Shown: positions 11,482 through 23,469 of the stretch, in pieces | Position numbering within the stretch: the first letter of the stretch is position 1 | Layout: every line of letters starts with the position of its first letter | Source: Squalus acanthias | Taxonomy: Eukaryota | Length of the DNA stretch: 64,000 bases | Direction of reading: 5' to 3' | Assembly: GCA_030390025.1 (NCBI GenBank) | Contig: CM059432.1 | Coordinates: 7,750,001 to 7,814,000, forward strand | Translations under genes and position numbers: made by a program | Notes under the pieces: model-generated | Told to the model about the DNA's origin: nothing | The model's input: only the letters and a program-made list of their open reading frames with translations | The model's database searches: none

Positions 11482-11721
11482 TCAATATTTTAATGAGCGT
11501 TTTTAATGCTTCTGGCATGCGCCTTGGACACCTACGGAGGAGCCCGATCCAATATGGCGATCGACACAATTCCGGCACACAATGAGCATGTGCCACAATG
11601 GACACTTAGGCACCCATCTTATGCCTGTAAAATGGGTGGGGTGCGATCGAATTTTCAGGCCCCAGTCTGGAGCATTATAGTTGAGACAGACTATTGGGTG
11701 ATAAACTCCCTGTCAGTGGTA

Positions 11722-12127
11722 AAGAAAGAAGAATGACTTGCATTTTCATAGCGCCTTTCACGATCTCAGGACGTCCCAAAGCGCTTTACAGCCAATGAAG
11801 TAATCGCAAAGTGTAGCCACTGTTGCAATGTAGGAAACACGGCAGCTAAATTGCACACGCCGATGTGATACTGAGCAGATAATCTGTTTTAGTGATGTTG
11901 ATTGATGGATAAATATTGGTCCCAGGACACCAGGGATGACCCCCCCCGCTCTTCTTCAAATTAGTGCCCTGGGATCTTTTACGTCCACCTGAAAGAGCAG
12001 ACGGGGCCTCGGTTTAATGCCTCATCCGAAAGACGGCACCTCCCACAGTGCGGCACTCCCTCAGCACTGCACTGGGAGTGTCAGCCTAGATCTTGTGCTC
12101 AAGTCTCTGGAGTGGGACTTGAACCCA
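11722..12127 (-). mobile_element. DeuSINE, SacSINE1-like
   Basis: Same core and tail as 4253-4694; head truncated near the B box. Confidence 0.85.
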
Positions 12128-12411
12128 ATGGTATGTAGTAATGGAAATAGGTTCCTTAGCAACGTCATCAAGATCAAAGTTGGAGGAGAAAAAAATGAGT
12201 CGAAAGCATCGGCTTTCTTTTGGGAATGCTAGCAACTGTACCATCAGGATGGAAAATGAGAGGAGAGGTGGAATCACAGAGGTTGGCAAGGGACTAGAGG
12301 GGAGCTGCTGGAGGAGTGGCAGATGGTGAATGAGGCCTATCCTCAATAAAGTTGCAAGTTCACTTTTGCTAGTATCTTAACATGTGCAGTGCACTTTTGT
12401 GCCATTTACAC

Positions 12412-12726
12412 AAGAACATAAGAAATAGGAGCAGGAGTAGGCCATTCGGGCCTTCGAGCCTGCTCCACCATTCTACCTCTTCTACCTCAACTCCACTTTC
12501 CTGCACCATCCCCATATCCCTTGATTCCCTTAGTATCCAGAAATCTATCTATCTCTGTCTTGAATATACTCAACGATAGCCTCCACAGCCCTCTGGGGTA
12601 GACAATTCCAAAGATTCACCACCCTCTGAGTGAAGGAATATCTCCTCATCTCAGTCCTAAATGGCCGACCCCTTATCCTGTGACTGCGTCCCCTGGTTCT
12701 AGACTCCCCAGCCAGGGGAAACATCC
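12412..12726 (-). mobile_element. CR1 LINE 3' fragment
   Basis: ttcttatgttctt tail, 3'UTR stem, degenerate RVVNLWN segment. Confidence 0.85.
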
Positions 12727-13411
12727 TGTTGACCCCTTCTATTCTTACAGTCAGTTCAGCTGTAGCAAGCAGACTTGTGTCTCTACCTTTAGGTGTTCGA
12801 AGCTTATCATAAAAAACAGTGTGGAGCAGATGTATCTATTTGATGTCATTCTCACCAAGGTCTTCTGTTAAATTCTTAGTCACCTCAGCTGGTTGCAACA
12901 CAGACTTCGTGTCTCCTAGGTGTTCCAAGTTCAACACAAAAACAATGTGATGTCTGGTGCATCTATTTGATGCCATTCTTACGAAAGTCTTCTGTTTGTA
13001 TCTTTTGCATTTAAAACACCTCGAATGGGTGCATCATTGTCTTCTTAGCTACTTCAGTTGGTTGTATTACAGACTCATGTCTCTGTGTTTCATTTGATGT
13101 CATATTTACGAAGGCATATGTTTCTTTATCTTTCTGTGTTTCATTTCAAAGTGTTGGTTTAAGACACTTTAACGGGGTATGCTATTGTCTTGTTTCCAAA
13201 GCTGCAGACTTCTAGGAACCTCCAACCTTCTGTTTCAATGAGGCTATTGTTTCAGTGTCAACAACTTATCTTATCTCAAAAGCCTGTATGCTGTTTACAG
13301 CTTCTGATTGTTGAGGCTTTCAGATTTCCAAGCCCAGTTTGTCATGTTTAATAAAGTCAGAATTCTTTCATAGGATGGTGTATTTTTCTGAATATTACGT
13401 ATTCCTTCACA
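12727..13411. repeat. LTR-like segment with three degenerate internal direct repeats
   Basis: Starts TG, ends ccttcaCA, AATAAA at about 13351; repeated cagact...gtctc...atttgatg[tc]cat units at about 12755, 12885, 13053; no clean TSD. Confidence 0.4.
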
Positions 13412-13759
13412 CCATTTGCTTTTATATTTAAATATACAAAATGAAATGCAATAAGAACATAAGAAAATCTAGCTGGATGCTTGCTCCATCCACCAAGAGC
13501 TCATGTAAAATCATTCTATCATGGACTTTTGCACCCAATGTCTCCTGTGGATCCCCTACTTAAAGGAATCCGAGTAGCTAGATTTTATACCCATTAATTA
13601 TGAATGGTGAATAATCTATCCTTTAATTTCTCTGTAACCCTCAGGCCAGCTCCTCAATAGATATTGATTGAGCTCACCTTTAAATGTTTCAACATATATT
13701 GCAGTTGGTTCGTCAAAGCATACATTGCTTAAAAATCTGAAACTCATCCATAATTATAA

Positions 13760-14357
13760 TTTTTTTAAATTCGTTCCTGAGATGTGGGCATCGCTGGCAA
13801 GGCCATCCTTTATTGCCCATCCCTAATCGCCCTTGAGAAGGTGGTGGTGAGCCGCCTTCTTGAATCGCTGCAGTCCGTGTGGTGAGGGTGCTCCCACAGT
13901 GCTGCTAGGGAGGGAGTTCCAGGATTTTGACCCAGCGACGATGAAGGATCGGCAATATATTTCCAAGTCAGGATGGTGTGTGACTTGAAGGGTAACCTGG
14001 AGGTGGTGGTGTTCCCATGCGCCTGCTGCCCTTGTCCTTCTAGGCGGAAGAGGTCGCGGGTTTGGGAGGTGCTGCTGAAGAAGCCTTGGCGAGTTGCTGC
14101 AGTGCATCTTGTGGATGGTACACACTGCAGCCACGGTGCGCCGGTGGTGGAGGGAGTGAATGTTTAAGGTGGTGGATGGGGTGCCAATCAAACGGGCTGC
14201 TTTGTCCTGGATGGTGCCGAGCTTCTTGAGTGTTGTTGGAGCTGCAACTCATCCAGGCAAGTGGAGAGTATTCCATCACACTCCTTACTTGTGCCTTGTA
14301 GATGGTGGAAAGGCTTTGGGGAGTCAGGAGGTGAGACACTCGCCGCAGAATTCCTGC
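13760..14357 (-). mobile_element. LINE-X 3' fragment
   Basis: YKAQVRSVMEYSPLAWMS and SLHHRRTVAAVCTIHKMH...AHHHLLKGD. Confidence 0.9.
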
Positions 14358-14904
14358 AGAATATAGCATGCAATAAAAAAATTCCCTAGAGTTCTTTAAT
14401 GTGTAGGAATTTCACATGTGGCATTAATTGTACAGATTTGCAACTGGACAGGAAGCAGGATGAGGCACTCAATGTCTTCATTCTACTTATATCGTCCTGT
14501 GTGCTTTTTAGCAGAATGGAAACCTTCCCAGCAACTCATCAATATCATCACTGGGTTTAATTTAATCTCTACAACCTCCCAATTATTGGTTTAATGGGAT
14601 GATTTTCTACTTGAGTAGTAATGCTTAATACTTGAGATTAATTTACACTCTAAAGTCTTACTTGATGATTGTAATAACTAAAGTAGATGTAACAGCCAAA
14701 AGCAATTTTCTTCTCAAAGCTAATAGTGCAGAAACATGACCACTACCTGACCCCTATCTCAAACTTACTTCATGGAAACGTTGGAACTGGTGAAAGTGTC
14801 CCGACCTATCTCCAATACAGTTACAATTGCTTAGTGCTTGCATCAATTTCCCCTCATACTTTTGTTTTTCTCTTCAAACTGTTGAGTTTATAGCCTATAA
14901 ATTA

Positions 14905-15248
14905 AGATCATAGAATCATAGAATGGTTACAGCACAGAAGGAGGCCATTCGGCCCGTCGAGCCCGTGCCAGCTCTCTGCAAGAGCACTTCAGCTAGTCCT
15001 ACTTCCCCGCCCTTTCCCCGTAGCCCTGCAAATTTTTTTCCTTCAGGTACTTATCCAACTCCCTTTTGAAAGCCATGATTGAATCTGCCACCACCACCCT
15101 TCAGGCAGTGCATTCCAGATCCTAACCACTCGCTGCGTAAAAAAGCTTTGCCTCATGTTATCTTTGCTTCTTTTGCCAATCACCTTAAATCTGTCTCCTC
15201 TGGTTCTCAGCCCTTCAGCCACTGGGAACAGTTTCTCTCTATCTACCT
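14905..15248 (-). mobile_element. CR1 LINE 3' end (ATTCTATG-tail family)
   Basis: Near reverse complement of 1060-1406. Confidence 0.9.
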
Positions 15249-15769
15249 GAAGGAATGAGACTCAACAGTTTAAATTGTTCCCTTTCTGGTGCGAAAAGGT
15301 CGCATTAACAATTATCGCGTCATTAGAAGGTTATTCAAGCTGTTAAATACTAGCCCTAACTTTCTGCGACGAGTTTAGTTTGAGTTTAATGTGCAAATCC
15401 AACAAGTTCTTAAAAATAGTGGGAAGGTTAAGGACGAGGTGCCATTTTCGTGAGGCTAATGGCGGAGCGGCACAAATCGTCCGGCAACTTGTGGCGATTG
15501 GCAATTCACAGGGTAGCTCTCCCTCGCCATTAGCTGCTGGACGATTTGCTCACTAATAATGTCATATGCATGAAACACACTATTATTCTGGGCTATTGTC
15601 ACAGAGCTATTACCTACTCATCATAAATGGGTTAATTCCTCTGTTAACATGGTCGACAAGATGAAGTTATATGAACATGTTTAGTGCATCTAATATTGCA
15701 CCATCGTTTCTTGATTTACAATATTTGACACTTCTGTGAGACAATTGATGGGACAACGCTCTGCTGGGG

Positions 15770-16150
15770 TATGGTAGTGTAGCGGTTGTGTTACTGGACT
15801 AGTAATCCCATAGAATTTAGGCTCAAATCCCATCGTTTAAGAGTTTTAATTCAGTTAAAAATAATCTGGAAATAAAACAAAAACTGGGATCAGTAAAAGC
15901 TGCCCGATTGTCACAAAAACCCAACTGGTTTGCTAATATTACTTTAGGGGAGGAAATCTGCCGCCCTTACCCGGTCTGGCCTATAGGTGACTCCAGTCTC
16001 ACATCAAATGTAGTTGACTCTTGACTGCCACAACAAGCCACTCAAACCATGACCAATGATTCATGAAGAAGGTCCATCGCCACCATCTCAGGGCAGCTAC
16101 GGCTGGGCAATAAATGCCAGCCTTGCCAGTGATGCCCACATCCCACGACT
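15770..16150 (+). mobile_element. tRNA-derived SINE (family B)
   Basis: ggtagtgtagcggtt head, conserved body, LINE-X-like tail ggcaataaatgccagccttgccag. Confidence 0.8.
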
Positions 16151-16202
16151 GCATTAAATTTTATAAAATGATAGTTATTTGTTCTTCTGCAACAAATAGC
16201 AT

Positions 16203-18351
16203 GGGGGGAATTTTGCCGGTGCTCAGGGGGCGGGTTTGGAAGCGGGACATCCGGCAAAATTGCAAAGATTGACAGCGGGTCGGAAACCCGCTGTCAACCC
16301 GCCTCCAATCAATCTTTCTGGGTGCCGGGTCCCCAGTTTGCGCATAGACCCGACAACTAGCAGTGGGAAAAAGATTATAGGCACTTAACTGCATGTTAAC
16401 AGGTTGTTAACAGGCAGTTATGAGGCTTTTTGCAATTTTGACAGGTCTACTGCGGGCTTTCCGACACCACGCCAGGGTAAGTGTGGCGTGCTGTGAGTCT
16501 ACTGTAATGTTTCTTCATTGATGATAGCTGCAGACGTGGTGTGAAGGATCCAATGGTGCACTGGTGAGTTTCAGAGGTAAGAAAATGTTGGGAAAATCAT
16601 TTAAAATATATTTAGGGGTAAAAATTCACTTGGTTGCGCCTCCCGTTAGCGCCTTAAGAGGGCGCTAATGGGGCGCAAAGCCGCTAACGCCCGGGCGCAG
16701 CGATGTTTGCGCCACTCGAGAACTTAACTTGAGATTGTGCGGCGGCGCTAAAACTTACCGCTGCGACCACCTGCGCGCGCAGATTGTGACGTCATTCCAT
16801 GGTGCAACGCCCTTGTGGCGCCCCGTAGCGGAAATTGAGTGGCGCCCCCTGCCTTACCGCCTGGCGCTTCCAACGACCAGAAGACTGGAACGCTATCAAT
16901 CGCTGTGGGGCTGGGGGGGGGGGGGCGCTATTTAAAGGGGGCCTCTTCCTGTCTTTTATTGTTGGTGGCATTTTTGAACTACGCATTCTGAGAGAGAGAG
17001 GGAGAGACTTCTGGAGAGATTCAACGTTGTGTGAAGGAGTTTTGGGTACTGAGCAGCACTTTGCAGGTTCATTTTGATTTGCCATTCCTTGTATCGATTT
17101 AGCAGAGACTGTGGGAGCTGCACTCTGAGCTCTTTGCCTGGTACTCTCCATTGTTCTTTCCAGCACATTTGATGTGCAAGTCTCTCCAGGCCGAGATTCA
17201 AGGCAGCAATGAACAGGATGTGGATGGAAAACAAGATTAACCATCCCCTTTAAGAACTGGCCCGTGCCATTGTGTGTGTGTTCCATTGCTGACTGACATT
17301 ACATGAGCTTCGCCAGCGCTCCGAGTTAGCGCCTCACTGCTCGGCCTTTGCGCCTTAAGAGAGGTGTGCAGCGCCTGCTTTAGCGCTCCACTCACCTCCC
17401 GGGGCGGTAAAAGCGAAGTTTCCAGTCAGTGTCGATAATTAGCGCCAGGCGCTAATATTTGCGTCCGGACGATATTTGCGCCCCAAATGGGGCGCGACCT
17501 AATTTCTACCCCTTAGACTTTTCTGTATGTGACAAGTTTTGGATTGTGTGCGTAGTCCCACGTCATTGGGAGAACCTCTCTCACCAGTGACAGATTGCTT
17601 CTGTAACCTCACCTGCAGCTGCCATCTGTTCTAGCCTAAGTCACTGGAGAACCTAGGTGCAAGGGCTTACCTTTGTACAGTGATTGTCAGTGTTTGCAGC
17701 ACCTCAATGCTGTCAAACACTAAAAAATCAGCTGTCAAAAAATATTGTGTGTGGCCCCTTTAAGAAAACCAGCAGATGACGTGTCATCAACTGACGTCAT
17801 CTGACACAGGCTTTCTCTTAATTGGCCGGCAAGCCCACAGGGCCAGCTTAACAAGGCCAATTGATGCAAAATCGTGTCTGTGCGTTGGACGTCGTTGGGA
17901 GCTAAGTGGCTTTATAGCTACCTCCTGGATCCAGGGTCCTGACCATACCCACCCCCCTCCGCAATCGGAGACCCCCCCCACGAGGCCTCCGATCACCCCC
18001 CCCCCCCCAGGTTTCCCCCCCTCCCCAACGATGATGATGAGGCCGGCCATGATCCTCCAGTGGCCGGCCCCGATCCTCTCTCCCCCCCCCCGGCGATCCC
18101 CGGCCGACCCCTCTCATGATCCTGGCCGAACCCCCACCTGATCCCTGACCCTGGCCGATCTTCTCCCCACACTCCACCCCGATGCCTGACCTCGGCCGAT
18201 TGCCGAAGCCCCTCCCGCGATCCCTTCCCCGGACTGGCCCCTCGCTTCTAAGTCCTACCTGCACGCAGCCAGCCAGTCTCTCAATCTGGCTGGCTGCGGG
18301 CGGGAAACCGAGGCCTTGCATTCAAATCAGGCCCTTGAGAAAATTCTGGCC
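16203..18351. mobile_element. non-autonomous Harbinger deletion derivative (probably chimeric) hosting a nested MITE
   Basis: Ends ggggggaatttt / aaaattctggcc; 16203-17860 colinear with element 28173-30985, including a minus-strand APRFSSD Myb start near 17640-17660; 18240-18320 matches 61540-61600 in reverse. Confidence 0.7.
16615..17512. mobile_element. PIF/Harbinger MITE (898 bp), TTA TSD
   Basis: TIR ggggtaaaaatt / aatttctacccc, TTA on both sides; same family as 48869-49761 in opposite orientation. Confidence 0.92.
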
Positions 18352-18419
18352 TTATTTTCCGAGGAGTATGTGGCCTCCTTATTCTTCCTACCAAAAACGT
18401 ATTACCTCACACTTAACGG

Positions 18420-18790
18420 AAGAACATAAGAGATAGGAGCAGGAGTCGGCCATACGGCCCCTCGAGCCTGCTCCACCATTCAATAAGATCATGGCTGATC
18501 TTCGACCTCAACTCCACTTTCCCGCCCGATCTCCATATCCCTTGATTCCCCATGAGTCCAAAAATCTATCGATCTCAGCCTTGAATATACTCAAAGACTC
18601 AGCATCCACAGCCCTCTGGGGTAGAGAATTCCAAAGATTCACAACCCTCTGAGTGAAGAAATTCCTCCTCATCTCAGTCTTAAATGGCCGACCCCTTATC
18701 CTGAGACTGTGACCCCTGGTTCTAGACTCTCCAGCCAGGGGAAACAACCTCTCAGCATCTACCCTGCCAATCCCCTTCAGAATCTTATCT
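18420..18790 (-). mobile_element. CR1 LINE 3' fragment
   Basis: ORF 18508-18804(-) RVDAERLFPL...NFFTQRVVNLWNSLP plus 3'UTR. Confidence 0.9.
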
Positions 18791-19231
18791 ATATTGAAGT
18801 CCATTTGCCAATTATACTCCCATTCTGCAAGCTACCTGCTAGCGGTTTCCTCACTTCACCTTCCTTGCTTGTGTTGATGGATTCAGTGGTCTGCCAAAAA
18901 CATAATAGAACTTGTTATTAGAAATTAGAAGTGGTAGGTAACCTTGGGAGACTAACAAGCATTCCTCTGGTTAACAAAATCGAACACTTTTACTACTTGA
19001 TATACAGGGCTACATTTTTTCTCTTTTATTATTGTGTGACATAAATAATGGGTTTCAGTCTGTAGCAAGGACAACTGTCTACAGATTTAACCCTAATGTT
19101 GCTGAGAGATGTTGCCTTGGAAATACTGAATGAAATTGCACGAGAAGTCAAGGTGCCAGCTGGAGTTTTCTACAATTTGAATCGTGCTTCGTCAACTTCA
19201 GTTTAACCAGCAATGCTTATCTCTTTGCATT

Positions 19232-19500
19232 TTTAAAATAATTCATTCTCGGGATCTGGGCGTCGCTGGCAAGGCCGGCATTTATTGCCCATCCCCAGTC
19301 GCCCTCGAGCAGGTGGTGGTGAGCCGCCTTCTTCTTGAACCGCCGCAGTCCGTGTGGTGAAGGTGCTCCCACAGTGCTGTTAGCGAGGGAGTTCCAGGAT
19401 TTTGACCCAGCGACGATGAAGGATCGGCCGATATACGTCCAAGTTGGGATGGTGTGCGACTTGGAGGAGAACCTGGAGGTGGTGGGGTTACCACACCACC
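19232..19500 (-). mobile_element. LINE-X 3' fragment
   Basis: Reverse complement of 46900-47140. Confidence 0.85.
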
Positions 19501-19516
19501 TGCTCGTGTCCTTTCC

Positions 19517-19980
19517 GTGTCAGCTGTGGCTCAGTTGGTAGCACTCCTCGCTTTGAAGTCAGGTAGGTCAAGGGTTCATGTCCCACTCCAGGGATCTGAG
19601 CACAACATTTTGGTTAGTGTACCAGTGCAGTACTGGGGGAATGTTGTGCCGTCTTTCAGGTGAGACGTTAAACCGAGGCCCCGTCTTCTCTCTCAGGTGG
19701 ATGTAAAAGATTCCATGGCACTACTTCGAAGAAGAGCAGGGGAGTTATCCCCGGTGTCCTGGCCAATATTTATCCCTCAATCAACAGAACAAAAAAAAAC
19801 AGATTATCTGGTCATTATCGCATTGCTGTTTGTGGGAGCTTACTGTGAGCAAACAGGTTGCCGCGTTTCCCACATTACAACAGTGACTCCACTTCAAAAA
19901 GTACTTCATTGGCAGCAAAGCGCTTTGGGACGTCCTGAGGTCAGGAAAGGCGCTATAGAAATGCAAGTCTTTCTTTCTTT
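19517..19980 (+). mobile_element. DeuSINE, SacSINE1-like, near full length
   Basis: gtgtcagctgtggctcagttggtagc head, Deu-like core, tail ggcgctatagaaatgcaagtctttctttc. Confidence 0.88.
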
Positions 19981-20295
19981 AGGTGGTGGGGTTTGCGGGT
20001 TTGGAATGACAGAGGTGCAAAGTAAAACATTGCCAGGGAGAGGATTGAACAGTAAGAGAAAAGGGGTAATTTTAACTCTGCCTCATCCGTGGGGCAGGGG
20101 GAGGGGGGTAAGCAGTTAAAAATGAAGCGGCTCCATTGTCCGCTCCGTTACCTTGCTGCCGGTAATCTTCTCTGGGTACCGACGGGCCGCCCCCGCGACA
20201 TCCAATTTTGGTCTCCTCCCCACCGGCCAGCTGCCGATTCCTGTCCAAAGCGGGCGAGCAGCACAGGTTGTTTGGCAGTAGTTCAGATTTAACAC

Positions 20296-20460
20296 CAATG
20301 TTCCCTCTAATTTTTTTCTTGGTGCTGCGCTGGCCCCTTTAAGGGTCTACGGGGACCATTCAAAATACCGCACATGCTGGTGTAGGGAAGCTGGTGAAGG
20401 AGCAGGGAAAATCGGACAGCAACTTCCTGGTTTCCGCGTTTTACCACGTATGTGCGGACA
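20296..20460. mobile_element. truncated hAT-type MITE end
   Basis: Begins caatgttccct and resembles the reverse complement of 47306-47470; cut by the CR1 at 20461. Confidence 0.5.
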
Positions 20461-22494
20461 CTCCATGGATGAATGAAGCCATAAGGGAACAATTGAGGGT
20501 AAGGAAAGAGGCAGACATTAAGTACGTAGACAGCAGAGGAGTGCATGATAAGGGAGAATAAGAAAAGATTAGGAGAGAAGTCAAAAGAAAATTAGGGAGG
20601 CAAAGAGGAACTATGAAATTAATTTATCAAGGAACATAAAACAAAATAGTAAAATATTTTACAGACACATCAGTAAAAAAAAGAAGGTTGGGATGGGAAT
20701 AGGGCCATTAATGGATAGACAGGATAATACCACAGGTAACGATAGGGAGATGGCAGAAAAATTAAGTAATTATTTTGCTTCAGTATTTACCAGGGAGATA
20801 GAACAGGTGGACATGACATTGGATGATGAGATTAGTAATGATATAAGTGCATTTAAAATAAAAAAAGGGGATACATTAAATAAACTCATCAATCTCAAAG
20901 AGGATAAAACCCCTGGTCCGGATGGATTGCATCCACACATTTTAAAAGAATCTAGGGAAGAGATAGCAGAGGCATTACTGCACATATTTAATAATTTGTT
21001 AGAAAAAGGTGTAGTGCCAGAGGACTGGCGGACAGCTAATGTAATACTTATATTTAAGAAGGGGGATAGAACATGTCCAGGGAATTATAGACCAGTCAGC
21101 TTAACATCGGTGGTCGGAAAAATAATGGAATCCCTACTAAAGGAGAAAATAGAAGAATATCTAGAAACCAAAAATATAATAATGAACAGTCAGCATGGAT
21201 TTCAAAAGGGAAAGTCTTGCTTCACCAACCTTATTGAATTTTTTGAAAAGGTAACAGAGAGAGTAGACAATGGTAAAGCAGTAGATGTAATTTATCTGGA
21301 TTTTCAAATGGCCTTCAATAAGATACCCCATGATAGACTGATGAACAAGGTCAGAGAATGCAGAGTCAGGGGACAAGTAGCAGAATGGATTGCTGGCTGG
21401 CTTCAGGACAGAAAGCAGAGAGTGGGAGTAAAGGGTAGCTATTCACAGTGGCAGAAGGTGGGTAGTGGTGTTCCACAAGGATCAGTGCTGGGACCACTGC
21501 TGTTCACAATTTACATTAACAATTTAGACTTAGGAATCAAAAACACAATTTCTAAATTTGCGGATGACTCCAAATTGGAGGGCGGGGGGGGATAGTCCTG
21601 AGGAGGACTGCAACAAATTACAGGAGGACATTAATAAATTTGCAGAATGGGCATATAATTGGTAAATGAAGTTCAACACAGATAAATATGAGGTATTACA
21701 TTTTGGTAGGAAGAATAGGGAGGTCACTTATCACTTGGAGGGTGCGAGTCTAGGTGGGGTAGAGGAATAAAGGGATCTTGGAATATTAATACACAAATCA
21801 CTGTAAGTTGTGACACAGGTTAGCAAGGCCATAAAAAAAGCAAACCAAGCAATAGGGTTTATTTCTAGAGGTATAGAATTGAAAAGTAGGGAAGTTATGC
21901 TAAACCTGTATCGAACCTTGGTTAGACCACACTTAGAGTACTGCGTACAGTTCTGGTCGCCATATTATAAAAAGGATATAGAGGCACTGGAGAGGGTACA
22001 GAGAAGATTTACAAGGGTGATACCAGAAATGCGAGGGTATACATATCAGGAAAGGATGAACAGGCTGGGTCTCTTTTCTCTTGAAAAAAGAAGACTGAGG
22101 GGTGACCTAATAGAGGTCTTTAAAATTATGAAAGGTTTTGATAGAGTGGATACAGAGAGAATGTTTCCACTTGTGGGGAAGAGCATAACTAGAGGCCATC
22201 AATATAAGATAGTCACCAAGAAATCCAATAGGGAATTCAGAAGAAACTTCTTTACCCAAAGAGTGGTGAGAATGTGGAACCCGCTACCACAGGGAGTGGC
22301 TGAAGCGAATAGTCTAGATGCATTTAAGGGGAGGCGAGATAAGCATATGAGGGAGAAGGGAATAGAGGGTTATGCTGATAGATTTAGATGAGGAAAGACG
22401 GGAGGAGGCTCGTGTGGAGCACAAACAGCGGCATGGACTGGTTGGGCCGAATGGCCTGTTTCTGTGCCGTATATCCTATGTAATCCTATGTAAT
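20461..22494 (+). mobile_element. CR1 LINE, about 2-kb 5'-truncated copy with disrupted RT
   Basis: KTPGPDG, NYRPVSLTS, QHGF, YLDFQMAF, GVPQGSVLGPLLF, KFADD; stops and frameshift at 21590-21800; (atcctatgta) tail. Confidence 0.95.
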
Positions 22495-23051
22495 ATGTTT
22501 AGCCCAGCTTTCAAAGTAATTACCTCAAACTCACATTGTTTTTACAGTTAATTTGGCACAAGCTTCATCCATTAGCTACAGAGTGACTAAAACATCAATT
22601 ACATCAGTTGAAATGGGGGAATATTATGCAACATATTAAATACCACCGTGACGCTCACGTACTGAAGTCATGATGAAGTGGGGGTCAAATACGGACCAGG
22701 TTCCTCACCCTGCCTAAGGCACAGTGAGCAATGCTTCCGTTCATCTTGAACAGCCTCCAAGCAGTGCTGTATATGGCTTGCTGACATCCAGACTGTTTGC
22801 TAATTTCACACACAACAGATTGCAATCTGACCCCTTATGCTGGCTAAACCAACAGACAGCGGAGTGCCTGCCAATTCCCACATCGGCTGTCAGACCAACT
22901 TGCAAAGCACACCGAAAGTCTTGCGAAGCTTCATTTTCCGACACTTTTCGTGCATTCCTCCGTGCGATGTGGACAGCAGATGTCTTCCTTCCTTGTAGCT
23001 CTTTGGGTTTCCAAGCTCCCATTTTGCGGGGTCGCAAAGCTGTTTCCCGCA

Positions 23052-23468
23052 TGAGTCACCGTGGCTCAGTGAGTAGCACCCTCGCCTCTGAGACACAAGG
23101 TTGTGGGTTCATAGTTCCGTGTCAGAGACTTGAGGACAAAATCTAGGCTGACACTGCAGTGCAGTACTGAGGGAGTGCTGCACTGTCAGAGCAAGGTCCC
23201 GTCTGCCCTCAGGTGGATGTAAAAGATCCCAGGGCCACTATTTCGAAGAAGAGCAGGGGAGTTCTCCCCGGTGACCTGGCCAATATTTATCCCTCAACCA
23301 ACATCACCAAAAACAGATTATCTGGTCATTATCTCATTGCTGTTTGTGGGAGCTTGCTGTGCACAATTTGGTTGCCGCGTTCCCTGCATTAAAACCGTGA
23401 CTACGCTTCAAAAGTACTTCATTGACTGTGAAGCGCTTTGGGATGTGGTGAAAGGCGCTATGTAAATT
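23052..23468 (+). mobile_element. DeuSINE, SacSINE1-like
   Basis: Head, core and tail as other copies. Confidence 0.85.
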
Positions 23469-23469
23469 G

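Noticed and set aside
18836..18890. Minus-strand 55-nt exon candidate
   Set aside because: Weak donor, unrecognised peptide, no other supported exons
19517..19600. tRNA gene-like sequences here and at other SINE heads
   Set aside because: A/B-box heads run directly into SINE bodies; no complete cloverleaf seen
19697..20119. Recurrent ORF MDVKD.MAL.RRRA...DYLVII.LLFVGA (also 4305, 53490, 63220)
   Set aside because: Chance frame within the SINE core, with different frameshifts in each copy
20296..20495. Complete hAT MITE with right TIR agggaacaattg
   Set aside because: The apparent right TIR lies in CR1 ORF2 coding sequence (PWMNEAIREQL) and there is no 8-bp TSD
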